DNA of 37,787 bases from Thermodesulfobacteriota bacterium (GCA_040755455.1 JBFMAY010000041.1:1-37787); one strand, 5' to 3'. Positions 18,008 to 28,115 are shown, numbered from the stretch's first letter. Notes: generated by a model from the sequence alone, not told the origin. Made by a program: numbers and translations.

Positions 18008-19651
18008 ATGGATACCCAGAGAGCTTTTATAGCCATCGTGCTATCGCTCGCCATACTGCTCGGTTATCAGTATTTTTTCGCCCCCCCGCCGCCGCAAGAT
18101 ACGCCCCAGCAGGTTGAGCAGTCCGCCGTTGATACGGGCGCGACCTCTGCCTCAAGCGCACCGGTCAAGGCAATCACCGCGGCTCCGGCGGCAGAACCGC
18201 TGCCTGTTGATAATGGTCGCCAGGGCCGTGATATCGCGGTTGAGACCAATCTCTACTCCGGGGTGATTTCCGAAACAGGGGGCGGCATCAAGAGCTTCAA
18301 GCTGAAAAAATACAGAGAACAGATCGCCCCGCAATCAGATCCCAAAGAGCTGATCAAAACAGGCTCCTCCCGGGATCTGCCGCTCTTTTTCTCCTGGGGA
18401 GTGGAACCGCAGAAAGCCGGGGTGCCGGTTTATCAGGCTGACAAAGACAAGCTGCAGGTCGCTGGCTCTGGAAAATCCATTACCTTGCAGAGCCAGCTGC
18501 CGTCAGGGCTGGAACTGACCAGAACCATGACCTTTTCCGAGGATGACTACCTGATCAACCTGACGGTGGATGTCCGCAACACATCAACCGAGCATCAGCT
18601 GCAGGGCGCCCCGTTTCTGTCCTTGACCAACAAACCGTTCACCGAGAACGACGCCAACACCTTTGTTTTCAAGGGACCGGCCCTGTTGACCAACGGCGCC
18701 CTGGAAGAGATCAAACCAGATGACCTGCAAAAAGGCGGCCAGACCCGCAAAGGCAAAGCGACATGGGTTGCCTATGAAGACACCTACTTCATGACCTGCA
18801 TCATCCCTGATGCCAGCAGCCAGGAAAGCATCCATTTCAGCATGACCGGTGATGATGCCGTTTCAACCGTAGTGGCAGGTGATGTTGTCATCTTGCCTCC
18901 CCAGAGCCAGAAGCGTTACTCCTACACCATCTATTTCGGTCCCAAAGAGATTCGCACCCTGAAAGCGGCCGGCCATGACCTGGAGAAGATCGTCAATTTC
19001 GGCTGGTTTGACATTCTGGCCAAACCGATGCTGTATCTGCTCAACTTCCTCAATGGCTTCCTGCACAATTACGGCCTGGCCATCATCCTGGTCACCATCA
19101 TCATCAAGGGCCTTTTCTGGCCCATTGCCCACAAGGGCATGAAATCGATGAAAACCCTGCAGAAACTGCAGCCCAAAATGGCAAAACTGCGGGAAAAATA
19201 TGGCAACGACAAAGAGAGACTGAACCGGGAGATGATTCAGCTCTACCAAACTTACAAGGTTAATCCCATGGGGGGCTGCCTGCCCATGCTGCTGCAGATT
19301 CCCGTCTTTTTTGCCCTGTACAAGGTTCTGCTGCAGACCATTGAACTGCGCCATGCCCCGTTTATGCTGTGGATCACCGATCTGTCCGCCCCTGACCGGC
19401 TTTATATCGGCTTTGATATCCCGATGCTTGGCGGCATTCCCGTGTTGACTCTGCTGATGGGCGCCTCGATGTTTTTCCAGCAGAAAATGACCCCATCCAC
19501 CCTGGACCCGACCCAGGCCAAGATCATGATGTTTCTGCCTGTTGTTTTTACCTTTATGTTTCTCAACTTTGCGTCGGGGCTGGTTCTCTACTGGTTTGTC
19601 AACAATCTCTTATCCATGGCCCAGCAGTATGTCATTAACAAGGCTGATTGA
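18008..19651 (+). CDS. yidC: membrane protein insertase YidC
   Basis: NYGLAII, LQPKM, NPMGGCLPMLLQIPVFFALY, WITDLSAPD, GLVLYW. Confidence 0.98.
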   Translation: MDTQRAFIAIVLSLAILLGYQYFFAPPPPQDTPQQVEQSAVDTGATSASSAPVKAITAAPAAEPLPVDNGRQGRDIAVETNLYSGVISETGGGIKSFKLKKYREQIAPQSDPKELIKTGSSRDLPLFFSWGVEPQKAGVPVYQADKDKLQVAGSGKSITLQSQLPSGLELTRTMTFSEDDYLINLTVDVRNTSTEHQLQGAPFLSLTNKPFTENDANTFVFKGPALLTNGALEEIKPDDLQKGGQTRKGKATWVAYEDTYFMTCIIPDASSQESIHFSMTGDDAVSTVVAGDVVILPPQSQKRYSYTIYFGPKEIRTLKAAGHDLEKIVNFGWFDILAKPMLYLLNFLNGFLHNYGLAIILVTIIIKGLFWPIAHKGMKSMKTLQKLQPKMAKLREKYGNDKERLNREMIQLYQTYKVNPMGGCLPMLLQIPVFFALYKVLLQTIELRHAPFMLWITDLSAPDRLYIGFDIPMLGGIPVLTLLMGASMFFQQKMTPSTLDPTQAKIMMFLPVVFTFMFLNFASGLVLYWFVNNLLSMAQQYVINKAD

Positions 19652-19725
19652 GACAGCAGGCTGCGGAAATCCGCCGACCCCTCATTGCCGAAAGAGCAGC
19701 ACCGTCATTCAATTTGGAGATAAAT

Positions 19726-20625
19726 ATGGGCTCAAAGCAGGAATTTAAAGGGAAAGACGTTGACGAAGCCATTACCATGGCCTGCGACAAACTGCGCCTC
19801 CCCCGGGAAGAACTTAATATTGAAATCCTCTCAACCGGTTCTTCAGGAATTTTTGGCCTCTGCCGCAAACAGGCAATTATTCGTGCCACAAAAAAGATGG
19901 CGGCAACGGAACCTGCCTCAAAGCAAGAAGGTGAAGCTGTGTCCAGTGATACCGTGCGGCAGAAAAGGCCAACCGCTGCTCCCGTAGCCGTTGTTGAACA
20001 ACCAACCGGCGAGCCATTACCTCCGGCGGCTGAGTCCGTGCCCGCTGCGGAAACGGAAAAGAAGCGCCCGCCGGTTGAACGCCCCCAGGAACCTACGGTG
20101 CCCCTGACTCCCGAAATCCTTGCACTGATAAAAGGCGATCTCGAGCAGCTGCTGACCCTTATGGGTTTTCCCTCGGAAATCGTGCTGGAGGAAAAAAACA
20201 ACAAGGCCCAGGTGCAAATCTTCGGAGAGCATATTGAGGAGTTGATCACCAAAGACGGCCAGGCCCTGGACAGCATCCAGTATCTGATGCGGAAAATCAT
20301 CGCTAAGAAATTCCCGCAGAAAATCATGTTTTCCATTGATGCGGGGGAATTCCGGGAAAAACGCAAAGCGGAACTGCAGGAACTGGCCCTGAAACTTGCC
20401 CAGGAAGTGAAGGAAACGGAAAAAACAAGGACCATCCCGCCTTTGAATCCGGAGGAACGGCGGGTTGTTCATCTGGTTCTGCAGGAAGATAAAACCATCC
20501 GCAGCCGCAGCGTGGGTGACGGCCTTTTCAAGAAAATCCTCATTTATCTGCCGGGCAAGGGCCGCATCCGGAAAAAACCGCAACGAAGAAAAGCCAAGAA
20601 GGAAAAATTGACAATTCCGGAATGA
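19726..20625 (+). CDS. jag: Jag/EloR (KhpB) RNA-binding protein
   Basis: Jag_N (GKDVDEAI...GIFG), KH-like region, R3H motif ERRVVH; ATG 19726 with GGAG RBS. Confidence 0.9.
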   Translation: MGSKQEFKGKDVDEAITMACDKLRLPREELNIEILSTGSSGIFGLCRKQAIIRATKKMAATEPASKQEGEAVSSDTVRQKRPTAAPVAVVEQPTGEPLPPAAESVPAAETEKKRPPVERPQEPTVPLTPEILALIKGDLEQLLTLMGFPSEIVLEEKNNKAQVQIFGEHIEELITKDGQALDSIQYLMRKIIAKKFPQKIMFSIDAGEFREKRKAELQELALKLAQEVKETEKTRTIPPLNPEERRVVHLVLQEDKTIRSRSVGDGLFKKILIYLPGKGRIRKKPQRRKAKKEKLTIPE

Positions 20626-20692
20626 TCGCTGATAATAGTTCAACCTCTGACAGGATGTTGAAAACTATTATAAAATTGTCTTTTTCCTTGCA

Positions 20693-22105
20693 ATGGCCGA
20701 TACCTCTTTTGCCACATCCGCCCCCGCAAACGTTGAAATAACCATAGCCGCCATCGCCACTCCTCCCGGCCCCGGCGGCATCGGCATCATCCGCATCAGT
20801 GGCAGCCAGGCCCTGCCCATACTGACCACCCTGTTTACCCCGCAGCGCCAACCCTGCGAATTCCGCAGCCATCGCCTCTACTACGGCTGGATTAAAGACC
20901 CGCAAACCAACCAGCCCATTGACGAGGTGATGGCCGTCTTCATGCAGGCCCCCAAAACATACACCAGGGAGGACATTGTCGAAATTCAGTGCCACGGCAG
21001 CTATCTGGTCCTGCAGGACATCCTGGGCCGGGTCATCGCTCTCGGCGCCACCCTTGCCGAACCGGGCGAGTTCACCAAACGGGCCTTTCTAAACGGCCGT
21101 ATCGACCTGACCCAGGCTGAGGCGGTTATCGAACTGCTGCAGGCCAAAACCCGGGAAGGAGCCGGCATGGCCATGTCCCAGCTGCAGGGCCGCCTCGGCG
21201 CCGTGCTCAGCAGCATCCGCACCGCCCTCATCTCCCTGCGCGCCATTATCGAAGTTGCCATCGATTTTCCGGAAGATGATGTTGAGATCATCAATGCCCA
21301 GGCCATGGGCGAAAAACTCGAAAGCGATATCCTCACCCCCCTGCGGGAACTCATCAAATCAGCCACCCAGGGTAAAATCTATCGTGACGGCATCTCGGTC
21401 ATTATCCTCGGCCACCCCAATGTCGGCAAATCAAGCCTGCTCAATGCCCTGCTGCGGGAAGAACGGGCCATTGTCACCGCCATCCCCGGCACCACCCGGG
21501 ACACCATTGAGGAATGCATTGATATCAAAGGAATGCCTGTGCGCATCATTGATACGGCCGGCATCCGCGACAATGCGGAAGAGGTGGAGGAGATGGGCAT
21601 TGTCCGGGCACGACAAAAACTGGCCGCGGCTGATGTGGTGCTGCTGATCGTCGACGGCACCCAGTTGCCCGGTGCAGCCGACACGCGGCTTTATGAGTCC
21701 GCGGGGGGCAAGAAAATACTGCTCGTGGTCAACAAAATCGATCTTGCCGGCCAGGATCCCGCCGTCTTTGCCAGGGCCTTTCCGCAAATCCCCCGGGTCC
21801 ATATTTCCGCCAAAACCCATGAGGGTATTGCCGACCTGGAAAATACCCTCTTTGCCCTGGTCACCGGCGCATCGGATTGGGATCCGGGTTACGCCTGTGT
21901 TCCCAATGTGCGGCAAAAAACATCCCTGGAAAAAGCGCTGACCGCGGCAACAAGGGTTGCCGAGGGGCTCACCGCCGATCTGCCCCCGGATCTGCTGGCC
22001 ATTGAACTGCAGAGCGCCCTGGATCACCTGGGCGACATTACCGGGGAAACGACCACGGACGATATTCTGGACCTGATATTTGATCAATTCTGCATAGGAA
22101 AATAG
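20693..22105 (+). CDS. mnmE: tRNA modification GTPase MnmE
   Basis: TIAAIATP, GEFTKRAFLNGR, GHPNVGKSS, GTTRD, DTAG, NKID, FCIGK. Confidence 0.98.
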   Translation: MADTSFATSAPANVEITIAAIATPPGPGGIGIIRISGSQALPILTTLFTPQRQPCEFRSHRLYYGWIKDPQTNQPIDEVMAVFMQAPKTYTREDIVEIQCHGSYLVLQDILGRVIALGATLAEPGEFTKRAFLNGRIDLTQAEAVIELLQAKTREGAGMAMSQLQGRLGAVLSSIRTALISLRAIIEVAIDFPEDDVEIINAQAMGEKLESDILTPLRELIKSATQGKIYRDGISVIILGHPNVGKSSLLNALLREERAIVTAIPGTTRDTIEECIDIKGMPVRIIDTAGIRDNAEEVEEMGIVRARQKLAAADVVLLIVDGTQLPGAADTRLYESAGGKKILLVVNKIDLAGQDPAVFARAFPQIPRVHISAKTHEGIADLENTLFALVTGASDWDPGYACVPNVRQKTSLEKALTAATRVAEGLTADLPPDLLAIELQSALDHLGDITGETTTDDILDLIFDQFCIGK

Positions 22106-22108
22106 ATC

Positions 22109-23647
22109 ATGAAGCAGAAACAAGAAAGCAATACCGCCTTCGAGCAGCAGGTTAACTTTCTGAAAAAGATCCCTTTTTTTCAGGATTTCGATGATCATGA
22201 ACTCAAGCAGCTTCTGGCAGTGAGCCGCTGGCTGAAGGTGCCCGCCGGCACCTTGATCATCAAGGAGGATACCATGGAAAAGGTCTTTTACATTCTGGTA
22301 AAAGGCAGCGTATCCGTTTTCATCACGGTGGAACAGGGCCAGACCATCGAGCTGACCAAGCTGGCAACCGGCGCCACCTTCGGGGAAATGGCCCTGGTGT
22401 CAGAGACCAGGAGAACCGCCGGGGTAAAAACGACCAGTGACTCGTATATCCTGATGGTGGAACCGGACATCCTCAACCAGGCCTCTGTTTTTCTGCAGCT
22501 GAAATTCTACCGCCGTTTCTGTGAAATCCTGGTAACCAGGCTGATCGCTGCCAATAAACGCATGGGCGATCTCTCTGCCCACGCCGCTGAATCTTCCGCC
22601 AGCAAACACCCCCCTGCACAACAGCAACCAGGGCCCCAGGCCATGCAGGAAAATCAAGAAAAAGAGCCCCCTCGACCGGCGAAAGTCCAGACGCCCCTGG
22701 CAGGGCACCCGAAGAAAGAGGTGAAGGTCTCGGAACTTCCTCCGGCACCGAAGCTGATGGCTGTTGCCAAGGATAAAATAAGAAGAAGGATCCAGAGCAA
22801 CGTGGACCTTGCCGTGAATCCGGCGGTGGCGGCCCGTCTCTCCTCCTTTCTGGTCGGGGATTGCGAGGATACCAGAAAATTCGCCGAACTGATCTCCTGC
22901 GATCCCATGCTTGCCGCCAAGGTAATCCAGCAGGCCAACTCATCATTTTACCGGCGAACCTCCACGGTGAATTCCGTTCCCCATGCCATGGTGACCATGG
23001 GCATCAAAAACGTGCAGGAAGTAATCGCCAAGGAAACGATAAAGGTGGTCAAGGAGGAAGAGCTTTTCGGGGGGTTCGGCCAGCTTGCCGACAGTTTCTG
23101 GCAGCACGCGGTGGCAGTGGGCCGTATTGCGGAACTCCTGCGGGACACGATCAGAATCAACACCTTCGATGATGTCTATCTGGCCGGACTTTTTCACGAC
23201 CTGGGCAAACTGGCCCTGGATCAGCAGCAGCCCCTTTTTTATCCCCAGCTGCTGCGGCCTGACTTTATCGATAAGGACATCTGCACGTCGGAACAGGAGT
23301 ACATCGGTATCGATCATGCCCAGGCCGGATGCTGGCTGGGGGAGAAAATGGGCCTTCCCAAGGCATATCTCGATGTCATGCTCCTGCACCATGCTCCGGA
23401 AAAGGCCCGGGAAAACAGCCTGCTCATAGCCCTTATCCATCTGGCCGACCTTTTTGCCAAGGACAAGGGAATGTTCATGGGCAAGGCGGAAGGACCTGCA
23501 CCGTCACTGTCTGCCGCTTTTGGCTGGATCATTATCCAGGAACAGCATCATCCTTTCATTGATGTCAATGTGGACAACTTTATACGATCATTTAAAGTTG
23601 AACTGGATCGCATGTGGGGAGAGATGTCCGCTCTTCCCATCACCTAG
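22109..23647 (+). CDS. cyclic-nucleotide-binding + HDOD domain signalling protein
   Basis: N-terminal cNMP (FGEMALV...RTA), Pro/Gln-rich linker, HDOD (DPML.AKV...ANSSFY, FWQH, LFHDLGK, DHAQAG, LHH). Confidence 0.88.
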   Translation: MKQKQESNTAFEQQVNFLKKIPFFQDFDDHELKQLLAVSRWLKVPAGTLIIKEDTMEKVFYILVKGSVSVFITVEQGQTIELTKLATGATFGEMALVSETRRTAGVKTTSDSYILMVEPDILNQASVFLQLKFYRRFCEILVTRLIAANKRMGDLSAHAAESSASKHPPAQQQPGPQAMQENQEKEPPRPAKVQTPLAGHPKKEVKVSELPPAPKLMAVAKDKIRRRIQSNVDLAVNPAVAARLSSFLVGDCEDTRKFAELISCDPMLAAKVIQQANSSFYRRTSTVNSVPHAMVTMGIKNVQEVIAKETIKVVKEEELFGGFGQLADSFWQHAVAVGRIAELLRDTIRINTFDDVYLAGLFHDLGKLALDQQQPLFYPQLLRPDFIDKDICTSEQEYIGIDHAQAGCWLGEKMGLPKAYLDVMLLHHAPEKARENSLLIALIHLADLFAKDKGMFMGKAEGPAPSLSAAFGWIIIQEQHHPFIDVNVDNFIRSFKVELDRMWGEMSALPIT

Positions 23648-23652
23648 CCATA

Positions 23653-23678
23653 TCCCCCCGGGCCAGAGGCTCGGGGGA
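23653..23678. terminator. hairpin between convergent HDOD gene and rubredoxin
   Basis: TCCCCCCGGGCC-aga-GGCTCGGGGGA. Confidence 0.4.
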
Positions 23679-23713
23679 CAGCTCATGATGACTGGCGGTG
23701 TGGGGCTGCTTGC

Positions 23714-23875
23714 CTAATCCGCCGGCTCAAAGGCATCCTTTTCCGCCCCGCAAACCGGACAACACCAGTCATCCGGCAGATCCTCAAAGGCTGTACCGGC
23801 AGCCACCCCGCCATCGGCATCACCTTTTTTGGGGTCGTAAACATAGCCACATACCGTGCAACGATATTTTTTCAT
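23714..23875 (-). CDS. rubredoxin
   Basis: Hand translation [53 protein letters not shown] (53 aa), two CxxCG motifs, RBS AGGAG. Confidence 0.97.
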   Translation of the reverse strand: MKKYRCTVCGYVYDPKKGDADGGVAAGTAFEDLPDDWCCPVCGAEKDAFEPAD

Positions 23876-24004
23876 GATTTTTCTCCTGGAATCAGTTAAC
23901 TACGCAGAGGCGCTCATTGACATAACCGGAAAACTCCCGTAAAGATTATCAGGAAGAAAGCTTGTCAGTCAACGCAAAAAATCCACACCCCGAGCAGGAA
24001 GATC

Positions 24005-24529
24005 ATGAAAAAAATTGTGCTTAGCCGCCAGGAAATACAGAAAAAAGTCAGAGAACTCGGACACATGATCACCCGTGACTTCGCCAATGACGATCTGCTT
24101 CTCATCGGCGTACTGAACGGCGCCTTTATCTTTACCGCCGACCTGGCCAGGGAGATTGACCTGCCCCTCGAGATTGATTTCATCCGGGTGGCCAGCTATG
24201 GCAGCGGCAGCTCGTCGTCCGGCACCATCACCTTTACCAAGGATGTGGAACGCCCGGTGGCCGGCAAAAAAATTGTGCTGGTGGAAGATATAATCGATAG
24301 CGGCCGCACCATTGCCCGGCTGCAGCAACATTTTCTCCAGCATGGAGCGGGCAGTGTCCATATCTGCGCCCTGATCGACAAAAAAGAGCGGCGCGAGGTT
24401 GACGTGCAGCCCGACTACATCGGTTTTGAGGTGCCCGAAGGCTTCCTGGTCGGCTACGGCCTTGATTTTGCCGAGCAGTACCGGAATCTGCCGGATGTCT
24501 ACCACCTTGACAACCCGACTCATCCGTAA
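24005..24529 (+). CDS. hpt: hypoxanthine phosphoribosyltransferase
   Basis: GVLNGAFIF.ADL, LVEDIIDSGRT, FLVGYGLD..E.YRNLP. Confidence 0.96.
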   Translation: MKKIVLSRQEIQKKVRELGHMITRDFANDDLLLIGVLNGAFIFTADLAREIDLPLEIDFIRVASYGSGSSSSGTITFTKDVERPVAGKKIVLVEDIIDSGRTIARLQQHFLQHGAGSVHICALIDKKERREVDVQPDYIGFEVPEGFLVGYGLDFAEQYRNLPDVYHLDNPTHP

Positions 24530-24584
24530 ATAACCCCAGGCAAAGATGCCCGTTATCGTGGTTCGGGCAAAGAGTGCATTATCC

Positions 24585-25940
24585 ATGAAACCCACCCTGC
24601 AGGAAATCGATAAAAAATTCCTCTGGCACCCTTACACCCAGATGCACGATTACGCCGGCCGGGACCTGCTCCTCATCGACCGGGCAGATGGCCTCATGCT
24701 CTATGACCACCACGGCAGGAGCTATTTTGACACCATCTCCTCCTGGTGGTGCATCCTGCACGGCCACAACCATCCGACCATCAAAAAGTTCATGCACCGC
24801 CAGCTGGACAAACTTGATCATGTCCTGCTGGCCGGCACGAGCCACGAAGCCGCCATCCTGCTTGCGGAAAAACTGATCGCCATCACCCCCGCGACCCTCA
24901 GCAAGGTCTTTTATTCGGATAACGGCTCCACCGCCTGCGAGGTGGCCCTGAAGATGAGCCTGCAATACTGGCGGCATCGCGGACACCCACGGCGCAAACG
25001 CTTCATTGCCCTGGAACGAGGCTATCACGGCGACACCATCGGCACCATGAGCCTTGGCGGCGTTCCGGATTTCCATAAGGAATTCGCCGAGATCCTCTTC
25101 ACCTCCTTTACCGTCCCTTCCCCTTACTGCTACCGCTGCCCCATGGAGCAAAAACCGGAGACCTGCCAGCTGGAATGTCTGCGGCCTTTACAGGACCTGC
25201 TTGAGAAGGAGGGGGACAATATCGCGGCCATGATCGTCGAACCGCTTATCCAGGCTGCGGGTGGCATGCGCATCTATCCGGCCCGTTATCTCGCCAGGCT
25301 GGCGGAGCTGCTGCGGGAACACGGCGTCCATCTGATATTTGATGAAGTGGCCACGGGCTTCGGCCGCACCGGCAGGATGTTCGCCCTGGAACATGCGGGG
25401 GTGACCCCTGATTTTCTCTGCCTGTCCAAATCCCTGACCGCCGGCATGCTGCCCATGGCTGCCACCCTAACCAGCGACGAAATTTATCAGGCCTTTTATG
25501 GCGAATATCAGAAGAACAGGACCTTTTACCACGGCCACACCTTTACCGGCAATCCGCTGGCTGCGGCCGCGGCCCTGGGTTCGCTGCAGGTCTTTGCCGA
25601 AGAAAAACCACTGGCGCGGCTGGCGGCAACCGTTCCTCATCTGCACCAGAAAATGGCGCGTTTCCGTGATCTGCCCTGGGTGGGAGACGTGCGCTGCCTG
25701 GGCATGATCGCCGCCATTGAACTGGTGAAAAATAAACAGACCAAGGAAGAGTTCACCTTCGCGGAACGGGTGGGATGGAAAATCTACCTCAAAGGCCTGG
25801 AGCAAGGCTTGATCCTGCGCCCCTTAGGCAATATTGTCTACCTGTGGCTGCCCATCTCAGCTACGAGTTCTGAAATTGACGAAATCACCGAACGCACCTG
25901 GCGGGTCCTGGCCGATGCTGACCATATCAGCGGAGCGTAA
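24585..25940 (+). CDS. bioA: adenosylmethionine-8-amino-7-oxononanoate transaminase
   Basis: LWHPYTQM, SSWW, DNGSTACEVALKMS, YHGDT, DEVATGFGRTG, HGHTFTGNP, LRPLGN. Confidence 0.95.
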   Translation: MKPTLQEIDKKFLWHPYTQMHDYAGRDLLLIDRADGLMLYDHHGRSYFDTISSWWCILHGHNHPTIKKFMHRQLDKLDHVLLAGTSHEAAILLAEKLIAITPATLSKVFYSDNGSTACEVALKMSLQYWRHRGHPRRKRFIALERGYHGDTIGTMSLGGVPDFHKEFAEILFTSFTVPSPYCYRCPMEQKPETCQLECLRPLQDLLEKEGDNIAAMIVEPLIQAAGGMRIYPARYLARLAELLREHGVHLIFDEVATGFGRTGRMFALEHAGVTPDFLCLSKSLTAGMLPMAATLTSDEIYQAFYGEYQKNRTFYHGHTFTGNPLAAAAALGSLQVFAEEKPLARLAATVPHLHQKMARFRDLPWVGDVRCLGMIAAIELVKNKQTKEEFTFAERVGWKIYLKGLEQGLILRPLGNIVYLWLPISATSSEIDEITERTWRVLADADHISGA

Positions 25941-25956
25941 TGCAGCAGGAACATCA

Positions 25957-25972
25957 TGGCATGGCGGTTGCT
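25957..25972 (+). promoter_or_regulatory. sigma-54 -24/-12 promoter of SLC13 permease
   Basis: TGGCATGGCGGTTGCT; GG-N10-GC spacing, one mismatch to TGGCACG-N4-TTGCW. Confidence 0.65.
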
Positions 25973-26172
25973 TACAAAAATGAAACGTTTTTATTGCTCT
26001 TCCCCCTTTTTTTTCGCTGTGTTGCGTTTGCCCGAGCAAAAGGTTACCAGATGACGATGTTGCCCTGCCAGCACACCATACCGGATGAAACCCAGCCATC
26101 TTCTGCCAATCACGCCGTAATAATTGGGAAATAGCGTGCTGTTTGTTCCAGGGCATTGAAGAGAGGAAAGAA

Positions 26173-27978
26173 ATGACACTGCCAATTATTTTAGTATTAG
26201 CTGTAATACTGCTTGCCATCCTGCTCTTTAGCTTTGAGTTTGTCCGGGTGGATGTGGTCGGCATCATCATGATGACCCTGCTCCCGCTTCTTGGCCTGAT
26301 TACGCCGGCAGAGGCGATCAGCGGACTGTCCAGCAATGCGGTGGTGATCATTGTCGCGCTTGTCATCTTCGGCGCCGGACTCGAAAAGACCGGCGCCATG
26401 GATTCCCTGTCCAGGGTGCTCTTGAAATTTGCCGGCCACGGCGAGAGCAGCATCATGCTGCTCATCTCCGGCACGGTGGCCTTTATCTCCAGCTTCATGC
26501 AAAATATCAGCGCCGCGGCGCTGTTTATGCCCGTGGCGAAGCGGCTATGCCGGCAGGCCGATGTCCCTGTCGCCAGGATACTGATGCCCATGGGCTTCAG
26601 CGCCATTATCGGCGGCTGCATGACCCTCGTCGGCTCAAGCCCGTTGATCCTGCTCAACGATGTAATGCAAATCACCGATGCCGATGTCGATCCCTTCGGT
26701 TTGTTTGCCGTGACCCCCATTGGTCTTGCCCTGATCACTGCCTTGCTTCTCTACCTTGTGCTGTTCGGCCGCTTCATCCTTCCCGCCGGGCAAAAGGAAA
26801 AAGGAGCAAACGGTCCCCTGTCAAAGACCCTGCAGCGGACCTACCATGATATCGGCAATTTTTTCGAACTGCACGTCCCCTCATCCTTTGCCGGCCCGAA
26901 AACTTTGATGGATCTGGAAATCAGGGCCTATTATTTTACCACGGTCATTGCCGTTGCCCCCAAGGGCGGAACCAAGAATTTTGCCCCTGACACCGATACC
27001 GTGCTGCGCGACGGTGACACCATCGCTGTTGAAGGCCCGCCTGAACTGGTAAAGAAACTGGCTGCCGCCTACGGCTGGGAAATCAAAGACGAGCTCGCGG
27101 TGTTTGCCGAGGATCTCTCACCCAACAATGCCGGGATCGTGGAGGCGATCATTTCTCCACGCTCGGAAATGGCGCGCAATACTCTGCGCTCCTTTGCCTT
27201 TCGTAAAAAATACGGGGTCAACCCGCTGGCTGTCCGCCGGGGCAACAAGACCTTTGTCGGCGGCATCTCCGACATCATCCTGCAGAGCGGCGATGCATTG
27301 CTGCTGCAAGGCCGCTGGGATAAATTTCACTTCCTCAAGGAACAGCTCGACCTCGTCTTCACCGAAGAGGTGCAAGGTGAGATTCGCCAGACCCACAAGC
27401 TGAAATATGCCATCGGCTGCATGCTTCTTTCTCTCGTCCTGATCCTCGGCTTCGAGGTACAGCTCTCCATCGCCCTGCTCACCGGCGCTCTCGCCATGAT
27501 CCTGAGCAATGTCCTCACGATAGATGAAGCCTATGAATCCGTGGACTGGATGACCGTCTTTCTCCTCGGCGGCATGATTCCCCTGGCTATCGCCTTTGAA
27601 AGGACCGGCGCGGCCAAACTCATCGCCGAGACGATCATGGCCGCCCTGGGCCCTGTTTCCCCCCTCCTGCTGCTCACCGCTCTCGGCATACTCACCTCCT
27701 TTTTCACCCTGGTCGTTTCCAATATAGGCACCACCGTATTGATGGTGCCGCTTGCCATGCGCATGGCGGTCAGCTGCGACGCTGATCCGAGGCTGGCGGC
27801 ACTGGTGGTTGCCATTGCCTGCTCAAACAACTTTGTCCTGCCGACCCATCCTGTGAATTCCCTGGTCATGCAGCCCGGCGGGTACAGCAGCATGGATTAT
27901 TTCAAAGCGGGAAGCGGAATTTCCGCCCTTTTCCTGCTCGTCATGCTGGCAATCATCTCCCTGTTCTACGGCAGCTGA
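26173..27978 (+). CDS. SLC13/DASS-family permease with two TrkA-C (RCK_C) domains
   Basis: N- and C-terminal TM bundles (SSFMQN, GG.MTLVGS, SNIGT, PTHPVN.LV..PGGY) flanking a soluble region with two TrkA-C-like repeats. Confidence 0.9.
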   Translation: MTLPIILVLAVILLAILLFSFEFVRVDVVGIIMMTLLPLLGLITPAEAISGLSSNAVVIIVALVIFGAGLEKTGAMDSLSRVLLKFAGHGESSIMLLISGTVAFISSFMQNISAAALFMPVAKRLCRQADVPVARILMPMGFSAIIGGCMTLVGSSPLILLNDVMQITDADVDPFGLFAVTPIGLALITALLLYLVLFGRFILPAGQKEKGANGPLSKTLQRTYHDIGNFFELHVPSSFAGPKTLMDLEIRAYYFTTVIAVAPKGGTKNFAPDTDTVLRDGDTIAVEGPPELVKKLAAAYGWEIKDELAVFAEDLSPNNAGIVEAIISPRSEMARNTLRSFAFRKKYGVNPLAVRRGNKTFVGGISDIILQSGDALLLQGRWDKFHFLKEQLDLVFTEEVQGEIRQTHKLKYAIGCMLLSLVLILGFEVQLSIALLTGALAMILSNVLTIDEAYESVDWMTVFLLGGMIPLAIAFERTGAAKLIAETIMAALGPVSPLLLLTALGILTSFFTLVVSNIGTTVLMVPLAMRMAVSCDADPRLAALVVAIACSNNFVLPTHPVNSLVMQPGGYSSMDYFKAGSGISALFLLVMLAIISLFYGS

Positions 27979-28115
27979 CCGCCACAGCGGCCATCCATAA
28001 AGCTGCTCTGCGCTGTTATGAGAACCCGGCACCAATAGGCGCGGGGGGCTCCGCTGGCAAAGCCATTTGCGGCATGCCGCTTTCCCCCCGGAACCACGCT
28101 CCGCCCCTCTGCTGC

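Noticed and set aside
19635..20643. 266-aa and 208-aa minus-strand ORFs
   Set aside because: Antisense to jag; low-complexity translations
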